A stretch of DNA of 61,900 bases, the filler included, from Octopus bimaculoides (lineage: Eukaryota): the NCBI RefSeq assembly GCF_001194135.2. It is 4 parts of 4 records of this genome, joined end to end, with 100 filler letters (N's around TTAATTAATTAA, not from the genome) between each part and the next. Parts side by side here need not be neighbours in the genome. Positions count along the whole stretch, not along the records: positions 37,661 to 51,753 come from NC_068983.1; positions 51,854 to 61,900 come from NC_068985.1; 2 more parts are not named here. One strand, 5' to 3'. A program made the position numbers and the translations under genes. The notes below the pieces were generated by a model. That model did no database searches, had not been told where the DNA came from, and saw only the letters and a program-made list of their open reading frames with translations. Shown here piece after piece: positions 38,574 through 52,542 of this stretch; position 1 is the stretch's first letter, and the number at the start of each line of letters is the position of its first letter.

Positions 38574-39070
38574 ATACGTGTGTGTATATGTATCTTTCTA
38601 TCCACATTTGCATGCATGTATGACTTCATAATTATTTTTCCATAATGTTTCTATTCTTTTCTTTCTTTCTTTTTTTTGGTAACGTATTACTGTTTTGTAC
38701 TACAGATCAAACTTTGTTTTAGTTCTTTTGTATTTTCGGCAGAAAAATTCTCCAGAGCAACGAATGAGGGGTTGAGACGTTGGAAATGTAACTTTTCTTT
38801 TTTTTTCACGTTTGTTTCTAAAACTGACTAAAGCCGTAAAACTTCACACATCATATGAATTGTGTTGAAGTGTTAGACTTATTTCAAGTACGAATGAAGG
38901 TTATTTAAATATTTTCTCTTTCTCAGCAAACAATATTTGTGCAGGTTTTTCAATATATCCTCCAGCTGCTTAAGTAAATTTTCTATTTTAAAATCAAAAT
39001 TATAAATTATTTTTGTCCCTCTAAAGATCATTATTTTTCCCCAGAAATTTACACATTTACATTCGTACTA

Positions 39071-39106
<36 letters not shown>

Positions 39107-39608
39107 GTTATACTTCTTCATTCTTGCCATATACATTTATGAAACACATTTCCATAACTCCACGAATGCATACTCCCACACACACCTGTCTATATTCGTG
39201 TGTGTATCGTGATAATCAATTTTGTACTTATATGAAATTCTGCTTTACAGTTTTATTTACGTTTATTTATTTTATTCTTTTCGTTGTAATTTATTTTGTA
39301 TTTCATTCACACAACGACAGAATAGTCTACATTTGCTATAGTCTTTTTTTCTGGCAAGAAACTAATGTTACGAAAGGATTACGAATATTTAAAATTGTTA
39401 CTATGCACATTGTAAAATGGTATATGCCTAATTGGATAACACGGAATACGGGTTTCTCCTTAAACTTGGCAACGACGTAAGAATAAAAGAATAAAAGGAT
39501 ACGTTGAAGGCATGATATTGAATAGAGCAGCGCCAACTCCTACAGTTTACCTAATATCTGGCATGATATCTAGTCATATTAATAAAAAGTTTATTAATTT
39601 GTACTGAA

Positions 39609-39665
<57 letters not shown>

Positions 39666-39673
39666 TCCCCGTG

Positions 39674-39726
<53 letters not shown>

Positions 39727-41934
39727 TTTTGTGTCTATATGTAAGGAGAAACATGTAATAGTGCAAGTAAATGTAACAGAACAAAATTATCAGAACATAA
39801 CATTATCTAATTTTTAACAATGTCAAAAGTAAAATCATTCAACAGTTACAGCATCGTGTTAAATATATCTTAACAAGTGCATCTCGTATTAAACAATACA
39901 GTTCCAGGAAATGAACAGTCAGCACATTAAGTGAAATTACTATCGATTCGAAATTATATGCGTTAGAGGAGTAACGGAGAAATGCTATGATTCTTTGCTT
40001 ACTTTAAACGTGTGTGTGAAATAATATTGAAGTCTACCCAGGCCTTGTTGAAACTAGATATTATTTGGAGTTTCGAGACTTGGCAACTAAGCATTTATAG
40101 GAGAGAAGTGAGAGTGGGGGAGGCGCAAGAGAAAAAGAAGGTCGGTGAGAGTGTATGGGTAAAGGAACACTGAGCATTACAGGAATGAGCAGAAGAGTCG
40201 CTGTAAAGGCTGCAGTGAAAACGTCTAGATGACTTTGGTAAAGAAATGTTTAGTGAGGTCAGTAGAATATCGCTTGGACTCAGGCCTAGGATTGCTCAGA
40301 CTTGATCAGCTCTCCAGGAAAATGCTGTATGTTGTAAGATCTGAAATTCGCAAGAAACCATGACGAAGTTTCCAAGTATTTTATTTTAAACCAAAAGATA
40401 ATAATAATACATTCTGCAGAGTCTTCGACTTCGTATATCTACTGAAGATTAGAATAAAGAGAATCACACTTATAAGAGTCTCTCTGTGTACTGAAGATCT
40501 TACAACACAGAAAGTAAGTTTTCTCTTGGGAACAAACAACTAGTGGTAAAAAATAATTCTTTGCTTAGAGTAGAAACTTCAAAGACAAGAACTGCAGAAC
40601 ATAAAAGGCATATGAATGTATCTCATGCTGTTATGCAGAACAGCACTGAAAGGCTAATGGAAAATAAAAGCCGTAGTACACACTGTACAAAATTAAGAAA
40701 TAAGGAAGAAAAAAAAAACTAATCAGAGTTCACTTTAGATGTCGGGACATTATAGCTAGAGTTTCAGAAATTACATTTATTGCACGCATTATAACCATAA
40801 ATGTGTATAATAATTACTACTGAAATTTGAAGGCGTTTCTGAAATGTATGTTGTATTTCATCTGGCAATTGACCACATCTGTCTTTCCCAAGATATTTCT
40901 GCTGCTGTTGATTTAGCTTTGAAGAGTTGCCCACCGAACCGACACGAAATTACCTGAGGTTTGAAGTGTGTGCGTTAGAATGATTGCTAACAGTAACAAA
41001 TAAACGCATACATGCAGTGCACCCTTTCATGCACACTATGAAAGACAACTCAAATCCACACAAAATCACATTTACATAAATATAAATCATGTTTGTCTAT
41101 TATGGGACCTAGAATATTGTTATACAACAATTATATAATGTCAAAGCACAGATTTCTCTATACAAAAATAAGTTATGAATGGATTATTTATATGTTTCCT
41201 TATTACATAAGATACAAATTAGTACGAAAATGAATCTGTCGTATGAATTATATCATATAAATACGCGCTGAATTCTAAAAGTATGTGTTTCTTGGATATT
41301 GCTATTTCAAAAAACGCATATAGACACATACAAAATGTGTTTGTTATAGTGTAAGTTTAATTTATGAGTATTTTAATTCTATTTTCGGGGAAAACCTTCA
41401 GAAGATTGAACACCGCATTGCGTCATTATTGAGTAGCACGAGGTGAATACTCATGAATTAGACTAAAAATGTTTGTGAAATGAACAGCCTATCATTTAGC
41501 CAAGTATAACGTTAGCACATTGGCAGAGTCAGTATAGTGTTGTATAGAATGCCTCATGGCACTGGTTTTAATTCCGCCTGCTGGGCTCACATCCAGTCTA
41601 TGTCAAGGTTACATTTCATCCTTTCGAAGTAATAAAAAAATGCCAAATCAGTGCGGTGGATTGTCAGAACGTTTAGAAAGACAGACAGGGAAGCTTGCTG
41701 TATTTGTTCCGAGTCTTTGCATTTTGTGTAAAACTTTTGCCATGGCCTACTTGTTGATAGGTTGAATCCGCCAACAGCACCACCAACTGGTCATTGGGTG
41801 CTTCTAACTGGGTCCATTCGATTCGGGTCATTCCTGCGGTTTAAGGATACCCTCCTGCCTCCCCACGACGAGTCTCCAAAGCCGAGTCGCAGTTTCCCTA
41901 TTCACTAGGGTAAAGGGTTAAAAAGTAGAGACCT

Positions 41935-42250
41935 CCTTCAGTCATGAATAACCGTTGGATTGCATCTAGAAAGTTGCCCCTCCGTGGCACAAGCCCGAGG
42001 AAAGTAGCTTGTGGAAAACCAGCAGTCGCCCATGCATACCAAAATCCCCTCTTCAGGCCACCGATGTTATCCAACAGAAAAGCAAAGGCCAATACAGTTT
42101 GGCACCTGTGACGTCGCAACTCACTTTTACAGCTGAGTGAACTGGAGCAACCTCAAATAAAGTGTCTTGCACAAGAACACAACACAGTCCGATCCGGGAG
42201 TCGAACTCAATGCCTCGTGATTGTAAGCCCGATGTTCCAGCCAGTCGCCT
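41935..42250 (-). mobile_element. tRNA-derived SINE
   Basis: Minus strand GGCGACTGGCTGG...GAGTTCGACTCC (B box)...GTGTTCTTGTGCAAGACACTTTATT...CTCAGCTGTAAAAGTGAGTT. Confidence 0.75.
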
Positions 42251-43611
42251 TCACCTCTTATGAGTAAAATATATTGAAAACACATATCTGGTTTTGCATT
42301 ATACAAAATAAAATTTACTGAGATTCGAGGCATATAAAAGGAAAGCAGTTCGAGGGTCTATACAAGGGAAATTTCACCGTCGTGTATCGCACGATTGTAC
42401 CAAACTGTATGTTTGTATGTTTTGATTTTTATTAGTGTTGATTTTCTTATAATTTCTGTGGTAATTTTAATAATCACATGGTTTCGTGAAACTAACTGTG
42501 CTGTAGAATCGTCCTTTAGAAAAACATGTTCAATAAATAATCCACTAGCCTGTTATTATCATTGGTAAGACTAAATGGTATTTAAAACCATAACACCGTA
42601 TGAATTTATCATAAACAATGTGTGTTTTTACACTACAAAAGGTTCCATAATTATTATACTCGCATTTTGTGTAATTTCATAACACAGGAACTGTGTGTGT
42701 GTGTTTGTATGTATATGTGCGTGCGCGCGTCTGTTTGTGTGCATGTATTTGTGTGAGTGTGTGTGTGTGCACACGCACATTGAAGCTCCTTCAGTTGGTT
42801 AATGCGGCACCTAATCTCTTTTATTTGATCAGCTTTAGAAAAGTTGTATCACTTTAGAAACCAAGAGAGTTAATTACTTCTAAAAAGATGCTCCACTGCT
42901 AAATATTCCGATACGAGTAGCTGTATTTCACTTTTTCTAGCAAACAAATTCCTTGCGAAATACGTATCAGTAATTAAATGGAACCAGTTAATATCGACAA
43001 TAAAACAGTTGACCTAACAATTATGAATTAATATCCGATATTCAATAATATTTTAGCTTTGATTACTTACTTCATTCTGGGTGAAATTAATGAATCGCAG
43101 TTGCACAAAAACATATCAGTGTTGGAAATCTTTTTCTTCTTTATCAACAATATAATTTAAGTTCAAGCTATGATTTAAAATAAACTGCTTTGACACATCT
43201 AATAAAGTAAGCAGTGCTAAACAAAACACGTCTTTAATCTTCAAGAAATAGCAAACGTTCGGTTAAAAGAGGATAAGAAATAAATAGATGATAAAAATAT
43301 ATGAAGACAAAGAAAGAGCGAAAAATTGAATAGAAAATTTAAAGTGTGATGATGAACATCGTCATGAGACGCAGAGCTATCTAAACTACTTAAAACTAAT
43401 AAAAATTTCAAATACTGAAAAAGAAATTCACGTTTTGAAGCAGGATGCTCTCAAATGCATCCATCCCTGAACCTTAATACTATTCTGATTTATCATACAC
43501 AGAAGGATGATAAACGAAATCGATTTCAGAATGATTCGAGCTCAGATGCTAATAGTTGTAACTAAAATCTGCAAGGCATTTAGACGGGTGTTGGAACGAT
43601 TCTGTGACAAC

Positions 43612-44055
43612 TGACATGGGTGAGCCGGAGAGTTCATAGACTGATTATGAAGGAGTAATGCTAGAGCTGTGAAATCTTGCATCCATTAATTTTAAAGCTC
43701 TTTCTTAAAAACTGCCTTGCTTGTTTCCACGTAAACTGACATTTGATTGTTCGAGGAAATCTTCAAAATAACTGGTCAAAAAAGTCATCAACAGCAGATA
43801 TGACCTCATCATCACCTCGACACTGTTTCCCAGCTAAGTGTTTTTTCATGTTGCCGAACAGATGATATCAGACGGGGGACAAATCAGAAGAATAGGGAGG
43901 GTGATCAATCAGTTCAAAGTTAAAGTCACACACAGCAGTTTTCAGAACCAAGGACTTGTGTGCTGGAGTATTGTTCTGATGAAACAAGACACGTTTCGTC
44001 AGTTTTTGGTGTGTTTGGTCTTGGTAGCCTTTCGTAACTGTGTCAGCAAGTTACC
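43612..44055 (-). mobile_element. 3' fragment of a second mariner family
   Basis: Minus-strand VLFHQNNTPAHKSLV...LIDHPPYSSDLSP...HLFGNMKKHLAGKQ.RGDDEVISAVDDFFDQ, ending in a TIR-like end at about 43612-43640. Confidence 0.8.
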
Positions 44056-46044
44056 ATGGTGCTCTAAACTCCTTTTCTGCCACGTTTTGTCTTTTGAAGT
44101 CTTCTTTGAACCGTCACATGTTAGTTTACTTGGAAAGAAACAAAGCAGTTATTAATAACTGCAGGTAAAATAAATTTTTCAAGATTTCGCAGCCCTTGCA
44201 TTACTCCTTCCTTTGTCAGACTCTTATAGCTTTTACTGACACGTCTGGTAATTCTTTTATATCCAGCACCAATAAGAAATATCATTCGAAGAATTGAAGA
44301 TAAAGATTAGTAGCCAATAAACATATGAAACTTTGAATGTATTTTAATTTTATGCAAAAGCTGTTTATTTTACAAAATTAGTGAGAGGAATATTCTGATC
44401 AGCATTACGAAGTAACATAAACTGTACAGAAAACTGAAGTTGCGATTCGCCTGTAAATTCCCATGTGCTTCCCTGTGTCTTTGTGCTTCGGCACTGGAAA
44501 CCACCAGCATAAGGAATTAGCGTGTTAGGATAGACTATACACTTCCTAACACTGCCTAGTTTTGTATCTCTATGGATTTAATTCGTTTTTACTTGAAATG
44601 GTCGATCTATTAAATATGATTTGTTAGTGTTCTTATGCCCTAACTGAATACTGATTTAATAGACCAGTGTAAAAGTATTCCTCTCTGGCCATCCTATCCT
44701 TTGTTAATTCAATCTATTTAAGAATAAAATGTACTTTTTGAAATACTTGGCGATAATTGAAATAACTCGGAATGAGTCGACCGACCATTTTGTACTCTCT
44801 TAGTCCTTGAAGTAATTACCAATATAAATATACGAGGGAAGGATACTGTAAAGCTTTTTGAAAGCTTGGATTGTATATGGTACAACATCCATCATATTTG
44901 CAAGTTCTCCACAACTGTTGGAGGATTAAACCGGCTCATATTCGGCTGAAATATTGAATCCAATGCCACTTGGATATAATTGAATAGAACGGAAATTCAG
45001 CGGTAAAAGACTTGGAGGTCAGTGCCAGGCGTCGACTGTGACACGGTAGGCATGAAGAGTTAAGACAAGAATATATTCCGGATGTAATGGTTAAAATATT
45101 ACGAACATAACCAGTGCTGAAGAACAGAAGCCATTGTCGTATCAATACAATAGGAAGATATTGGATATATCATATTTTTGTGCTTACGCGTTGTGACGTT
45201 AGTGAGTGCGTCTCAAAAAAGAGGTAAAATTATTTTGTTTTAGACATAGTCTCATTACGACTGCGTGTATTGTAGCACTAACACTTTTGATCTAGGAACT
45301 ATAGCGTATTATAGATTTATAGATCTTATTTTGTATACTGTCAGGAATTGATAAGAACAGAAATATTTTCTGATTCGAAAGAGAAAAAGCAGTTTTAGAG
45401 TAAATTTAGGTAAGTTATACGGGTTCCCCAGGAAAGATAATCATAGATTGAGTGGCTTACGAATACTTACTATATAAAATATATCAAAATCGTTTAAAAT
45501 ACTAAACTAGACTGCATTGCAATACTTTTCTCCACAGAAAAGTTACCTCTTACTTTACTGTGTACCTCTTACTTTACTGTGTACATAATCACAAAGATAA
45601 TATATTAAATATCAAATCTAAGTAAAGAAAGTGTCTGAAAATGAAATAATCTCTCAATATTTAAGATATAATTAAACTAAACAACAAAAATTTATCACGT
45701 TACCGAAAAAAAGCTAAACTTGTAGCATTTACGGTTAAAATTAACACTCCTTGAAATTTCACTACATAGTATAAGATGTATGTAAAAATGATAAATATAT
45801 AAGCCGTACCTAGTCATGCTGCCTACAACCTGTGTAAAATTGGTCTGTTCCTCGAAAGTTAAACTTAAGGAATATAGTAATTGGAGAAAAATGAGACAAG
45901 ACCAACAACATAGTATTCAAACTAGAAAGAAATTGATCCAAAACTTACCTGTTTTAAAATAGGTTTCCAAAGATGTGCTACGGCCTTGTGGTATGAAATG
46001 TCACTTAGGTAAATCCAGAATACCGGTCTCAACGCTACAGTAAA

Positions 46045-47430
46045 CTACCACACATGTACGGTCTTCCTAAGATTCACAAGGATGGTATTCCATTAAGACC
46101 TATAGTGAGCTGTAGAGGTTCAGCACCTCATCCACTGGGCCGCTTCCTTGTGGATACAGTCAGAGAATTAGCAGGACTGTCAACATCGTACGTGAAGAAT
46201 TCCACCCACTTCACACAATTTATCAAGGACACCCCCATTAAATCCAGCCAGATGGTGAGTCTAGATGTGATAAGTCTTCTCCAAACTGGTGAAGTACTAT
46301 CGGTGATTCAAGAAAAACTAGTGACAGACACCCATCTAAAAGAACGAACTAGTATACCAATAAGAAACTTGATGGAAATGTTGACCTTCTGTGTAGAAAC
46401 TACCTACTTCAGTATGGACACTGATATATATGGACAGGAGAGGGTTTAGCCATGGGTTCGCTTTTATCACCGATAATAGCCAATATATACATGGAATACT
46501 TTGAGAATTTGGCTTTAGGATCAACACCAATAAAACCAACCTTATGGTTGCGATATGTTGATGATACCTTTACGCTCTGACCCCACCAGGAAGATGTCGA
46601 AGTGCTGTTAGATCATGTGAACTCAATAAAGCCATCCATACAATTCACAATGGGAAAAGAAAAAGACAATCAGCTAGCATTCCTGGACGTATTAATAACC
46701 CACACCAAGTATGGATTCAGCAATTGGTCACTAGACGATACCTCAGCTTCAACTCCCACCATCCATACAGTGTAAAGAGAGGGATCGCTCAGTGCCTAAA
46801 ACATCGAGTAATGAATATAAGTAGCAATCGTGATACCCACAAGGAAGAAATGATCAAGCTCAGTAACAATCTATTAAGCAACAACTACCCCAAAAGCATG
46901 CTCTCCACTCCATTTATGAAGAAAAGAGAAGGTGAATCCGGTAAACTGTCCACACTCTGTCTACCGTATGCGAAAGGCCTCTCCGAAAAGATACAAATAT
47001 ATGCGGTGCATATGACATCAGGACAGTATTCAAAAATAATGCAACACTTCGCAAATATGTCCTTCGAGCAAAACCACCAATAGAATGGAATGATAAAGAA
47101 CTGCGTGTACTCCATCCCATGCAGTTGTGGTAGGTTATACAAAGGAGAAACAAGCCGCTCCCTCAAAATAAAGGTAGAGGAACATCGCAGACCGGGTATA
47201 GCTGTTCATGTATGGAAAAATGGAGACCACCTCCCCCTGTGGGATGAAGTTAAAATAATAGACAGAGTACGCCATTGAAAAATACAAAACTAAAATAAGC
47301 AACACATTTGCTAGAACACAACAATCTCGTAAGCAGACCGAGTGCAGATATGAACCACATATGGGAACCGGTATTAAGGGAGGATAGGAGAATATTAGAT
47401 TTATAAGCCCTAAAATTCACTCGATAATTG
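46045..47430 (+). pseudogene. 5'-truncated Penelope-like element with RT and GIY-YIG endonuclease
   Basis: YGLPKIHKDGIPLRPIVS; SLDV; GLAMGSLLSPIIANIYMEYFE; WLRYVDDTF; LAFLDV; FNSHHP..VKRG; CVYSIPCSCGRLYKGETSRSL...EH. Frameshifts and stops. Confidence 0.92.
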
Positions 47431-47437
47431 CCTACAA

Positions 47438-47560
47438 GCATATGACGTAGTGGTAAACAGCGCGGGCTACAAACCGCAAGATTCCGAGTTCGATTCCAGT
47501 GACCTGAATGATAATAATAAAGTAATGATAATAATAATAATGATAATAACAACAACAACA
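47438..47560 (+). mobile_element. Very short tRNA-like SINE with (AAT)n tail
   Basis: A-box-like TGACGTAGTGG, B box GAGTTCGATTCC at 47486-47497, then an (AAT)/(AAC) tail; no complete cloverleaf. Confidence 0.65.
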
Positions 47561-47714
47561 ACATCGAAAAATACCTTANNNNNNNNNNATATATATATTT
47601 CCATATATATATACATATATATAATATGAATAATATAAATAATATATATACATACATATATGTATATGAATACATATATATGTATATATACATGTATATA
47701 TACATGTATAAATG

Positions 47715-48150
47715 TGTACAGGACGTCCCAAAACGTGAAAAAAATGAAAAACGAGAACGTAAAAAACAAAAACATGGGAAACGAATTTTTTCTCGAACAA
47801 CGAAATAAACAAATAGCGAAACGAGACAGGCAACATAAAGAACAATCCTTTCATCAATTGTCCCCTGTTTTATCTACTCTGCGTTTCAAACGTTGGGACA
47901 AGACTTTGTAAATACGGTCGTTCCCGTAAAGCAAATTAAACAAAATTTGGGATTTGCGGAGCGTTAAAGTGGTAACAAAAGAGGATAGTTAGAACAAAAC
48001 AGTATAAACAAACTGTAAGGGCTGTTAAGCCATAACGAGGTGAAGTGGTGAACGTTGGAGAAACGCGCATTGAAAGGAAAAGGCAAAAGTTTGTCTTGTC
48101 ACTTGGAAAGCAAGAAAAGAAGAAAGATAGTCGCTGGTCACGTCTGAGCA
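47715..48150 (-). mobile_element. Family E terminus (probable Penelope-like terminal repeat), diverged
   Basis: Minus strand GAAACGC...GGGGACAATTGATGAAAGGATTGTTCTTTATG...GACGTCCTGTACAC; similar to 13265-13420 and 60700-60820. Confidence 0.5.
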
Positions 48151-49309
48151 ATGACAGGTAGAGAGATAGAGACATGCTTTACCATTCAATTCCAACTTTT
48201 TGTCCAATGTCTATCGCTACTTTCCAGTCATCGTCACTTTCTATGTATGAAGATACGCAAAATTACAGGTACAAAGAGCGTAGTATTACGCCCTTAAATC
48301 CATATACAAACGCCATACCCAAAATTACCCCAAATATATGTATGTAGTATGTATCTATGTGCATGCGTCTGTGCGGAAACGTGTAGTCGTGTTTGTATTT
48401 TGTGATGAATTAAGAATAAACCCTCTGAGCAGAGTGTTCTCCCTTCGGTAAAACTCTTATGTATGTGAAGGCTGGATATAAAAGGTGTTGATGAACAAGT
48501 AGTTTTACAAATTTAGAATCATTGTTATGGGATCTTTACTGCTGCACTGCTAGATAGATGTATCAGAAATTATGACTTTTATAGGTAATATGTTGTCCAT
48601 TGCTGCCTGGACTGTTTTTAGTAAGTCTGGAACCTATCGATATCTTCAATTTCTTGTCTGCTATACTACGATCTCCGTCTCCCACTACATCTGCGTGCTG
48701 AGTAATTCGACTTCGCGACTCTGATCCGGGTTGTGTTCCTGACAAACAAGCATTTGTCTACCATGCATTTCTGCACCAGATCTTCATAAAAGCGTGTTGG
48801 TTTGAGATGCTCGTTGGTGATAATAGTTACGTACTTACTATATTTACGAATGAAAACTATATAAGTGGAGTAAAGATTAATGATGAAGACATATCTGCTG
48901 ACTAAAGGAATGACAGCCTGCTGCCTCTGTTGGTGAAGCACATGCACTAAATGATTATTTCAGAAGATTACGATCTCAGTGCATCTCGTTCAATAAACTA
49001 AATTGTTGCACCAGTTGATTGTACGCAAATCTGATAGCATAAGCATATCTGTTAACATCAGATTGTTTGTTGTTAGCAGATTATTGACAAAAAAATGTAG
49101 CAGGTACGTGTATTTCTGTTCGAGGCATATGAGTGCCAAGTATATTACAACATGAGATATTTGCTACATTAATCACCTTTTGTAGCTATTCCAGAAATCG
49201 TCAGTTGCTTTTCAAGTAGTAGAAAAGGAGTCCATATGTAGCAGCTAAATACATCTAGACGTAAAAGGAAAAATGCTGCCTGTTGGAAAATTTTTGAAAA
49301 TATAATGTA

Positions 49310-49705
49310 GGCGCAGGCGTAGCTGTGTGGTAAGTAGCTTCCTCACAAACCACATGGTTCCGGGTTCAGTCCCACTGCGTGGCACCTTGGGCAGGTGTCT
49401 TCTACTATAGCCTCGGGTCGACGAAAGCCGTGTGAAAGGATTTGGAAGACGGAAACTAAAAGAAGCCCATTGTATATATATATGTGTGTGTATGTTTATG
49501 TATGTATGTGTGTCTCTGTTTTCTCCCCATCATCGCTTGACAACCGATGCTGGTGTGTTTACGTCCCCGTAACTTAGCGGTTCGACAAAAGAGACCGATA
49601 GAAAAGTACTAGGCTTCCAAAGAATTATTCCCCGGCTCGATTTGTTCGACTGAACGCGGTACTCCGGCATGGCCGCAGTCAAATGACTGAAACTAGGAAA
49701 AGAGT
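49310..49705 (+). mobile_element. SINE family A, full length
   Basis: All modules present. Confidence 0.9.
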
Positions 49706-49814
49706 TAAAATGTGAAACCTAAAACAGAAATATGCATGTTCGTATCATGCCGGGTTCACCAATATGCAAAATCGTATTATCAGGCAACGACAAATAAAAT
49801 TGTCGGATAATATT

Positions 49815-50009
49815 CTTTTCTACTCTAGGCACAAGGACCGGAACTTGGGTTGGACGGGGAGTTGCAGTCGATTAGATCGACCCCAGTACGCAACTGGTAC
49901 TTAATTTATCGTCCCCGAAAGGATGAAAGGCAAAGTCGACCTCGGTGGAATTTGACCTCAGAGCATAAAGACAGACGAAATACCAACGAGTCTGTCAGCT
50001 CGCCGCCTT
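49815..50009 (-). mobile_element. SINE family B with an 18-bp target-site duplication
   Basis: AAATTGTCGGATAATATT at 49797-49814 and 50010-50027 flanks the copy. Confidence 0.9.
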
Positions 50010-50247
50010 AAATTGTCGGATAATATTAAACACTTATTTTTCGCCTTCACTATCGCCGATAAATCAAAACAGTTACAAGCTATACGGACATTTATTAAAT
50101 AGTGTATACGAATGAAGCTTCGATTTCAATATTTTCAAAAAATTACACAAAAATAACAGAAATTCTTAATGTTAGAATAATAATGAAAGATTAACATCTG
50201 TAAAAATTTACACTACTTTCAATAGTTTCTTAGAAAATATATATATA

Positions 50248-50410
50248 GGCGTAGAAGTGGCTGTGTGGTAAGTAGCTTGCTTACGAACCACATGGTTCCG
50301 GGTTCAGTCCCACTGCGTGGCACCTTGGGCAAGTGTCTTCTACTTTAGCCTCGAGCCGACCAAAGCCTTGTGAATGGATTTGGTAGACGGAAACTGAAAG
50401 AAGCCCGTTG

Positions 50411-50468
<58 letters not shown>

Positions 50469-50650
50469 TCTCCCCAACATCGCTTGACAACCGATGCTGG
50501 TGTGTTTACGTCCCCGTAACTTAGCGGTTCGGCAAAAGAGACCGATAGAATAAGTACTAGGCTTCCAAAGTATAAGTCCTGGGATCGATTTGCTCGACTA
50601 AAGGCGGTGCCCCAGCATGGCCGCAGTCAAATGACTGAAACAAGTAAAAT
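50248..50650 (+). mobile_element. SINE family A, full length, young-looking
   Basis: Appears the least diverged copy in the window by eye. Confidence 0.92.
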
Positions 50651-51596
50651 ATTAAAACAAATACATTTCAGTGCAATAATATTTGTGCGTGTATGTGTAT
50701 GTGCACGGGTGTGTATGTATCTATGCCTGTAAATAGTGTCTCTGTATCTAGTGAGAATACATTCTATATACTCATAGAAGGTTCACGTTGGTAAACTTCT
50801 TTACCATACACCTTTGGATAGCTGCTCTTACATTTGGCATTCTGTCATGTAGCATCTTTGATTTGCGATAAAATTGTTTGCATAGCAAGTGCGTTACTTT
50901 TAAAAGTTGTGCTCTTGCACACCTTGTGATTGAGCCGAAAGGCTGTAGCGTAACCATCTCTGATTACGCCAATGTACCTGGAGGGATGGTTAAACCGTCT
51001 GTGACACCAGTTTAATTAATCTGACTTGTGATGACGTAGGCACGTTGGTTCATGCCAGCATATTTAGTGTTTGGCGTTTATTAGTAAAATAAGCTGCCAT
51101 TTTGTAACTCTACGTGCGAATCAATGCAATACCAGAATATATAACAACCTGAATTATTTTCCAAGAATGCATTGCTCAAGGGTTATCAATTGTTTTCTAA
51201 CTTGTATCATTTTGACAATCTTTACAGAAACACCTTAACATGGCAGGATATTGTGCACTTCAAAAAGAAAAAAAAAATTGATGTTTGCAAGATATTCTCT
51301 TAATGAGCGTATTTTTATCTGTATAGAATATATCTTGAAGCATTTTGTAATATGTAGGAACAGCAAAATATTACGTGAAAGACAGAAATTAATATTGAGG
51401 GAAAGAGGATAAGGAATAATCAAAGTTCAAATAGCTCTTACTCTGCCTTTCTGAAAGTAAATAAGCGACTTAAAGTTATATATACATGTGCATGTGTTTG
51501 TTTGTCTGTGAGTGTGTGTGCGCTCGCGTTTCTATATATATATATATACATACACGCACACACATACACTCACACACACATATATATACATGTATG

Positions 51597-51647
<51 letters not shown>

Positions 51648-51853
51648 GGATGTAGATACATGCATACGTACATTCATACTCACAGACTCACATTCATACT
51701 TACATGCACACTTATACACACAGATGCATATGTATATATATATATATATATATNNNNNNNNNNNNNNNNNNNNNNNNNNNNNNNNNNNNNNNNNNNNTTA
51801 ATTAATTAANNNNNNNNNNNNNNNNNNNNNNNNNNNNNNNNNNNNNNNNNNNN

Positions 51854-52060
51854 TTGTGTGTCTGTGTTTGTTCCCCCATCATCGCTTGACAACCGATGCT
51901 GGTGTTTACGTCCCCGTAACTTAGCGGTTCGGCAAAAAGAGACCGATAGAATAAGTACTAGGCTTCCAAAGAATAAGTCCTGGGGTCGATTTGCTCGACT
52001 AAAGGCGGTGCTCCAGCATGGCCGCAGTCAAATGACTGAAACAAGTAAAAGAGTAAAGGA
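51854..52060 (+). mobile_element. SINE family A 3' half (begins at an assembly gap)
   Basis: CATCGCTTGACAACCGATGC...AAATGACTGAAACAAGTAAAAGAG. Confidence 0.9.
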
Positions 52061-52074
52061 GTTTCGATTTTTCC

Positions 52075-52525
52075 TTCGAGCTTTCTTGTGTGGCTTTTGT
52101 TTTACACTTTCTTGCTGCCTTAGTGGGTGGTGTGTCCTCTTTATCATCATGATCAGGGAGCTCAAATTCTCGCCTATATTTATATGCCTCCTTTAAGATT
52201 GAGAGTAGTTTCTTACTCTGTTCGTGTTGCCTTATCATCCAGTCGGTGTTACTTTGGATGTACACTTAGAATCCTATCATGATTGTCTTATAGGACGTTT
52301 CAAGCTGGATTAAGCCTCTGCAGCCTTCCTTTCGTGGAAGATAGAACCTGTGGACGTCTGACTTTGAGTGATGCATCCTGTTTAGTGTTAGCAGTTTCCT
52401 GGTCTTCATGTTCATACACTGGAGATCACTCAGATTCCATTTGATGACATTAAGGCTATACTGGATAACTGATACTGCTACGGAGTTTATAGAAGCAAAT
52501 CTTTTCTGAGAGTTCAGCTCAGTAT
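52075..52525 (-). pseudogene. Internal fragment of an R4/Dong-type LINE RT C-terminus
   Basis: Minus strand INSVAVSVIQYS...WNLSDL...KTRKLLTLNRMHHSKSDVHRFYLPRKEGCRGLIQLETSYKT; the 5'-truncated end lies next to the (AAT)n tract at about 52545-52590. Confidence 0.8.
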
Positions 52526-52542
52526 TCAGGACTATTCTGATA

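Noticed and set aside
45345-45409. AG...GTAAGT-bounded 65-nt segment
   Set aside because: Stops in all three frames; no support as a coding exon.
45950-46035. Minus-strand exon candidate with CAG|GTAAGT donor (LRPVFWIYLSDISYHKAVAHLWKPILKQ)
   Set aside because: Mediocre acceptor at the Penelope boundary and no recognisable protein.
47441-47500. Functional tRNA gene
   Set aside because: No complete acceptor stem or cloverleaf, and followed by an (AAT)n tail; treated as a SINE.
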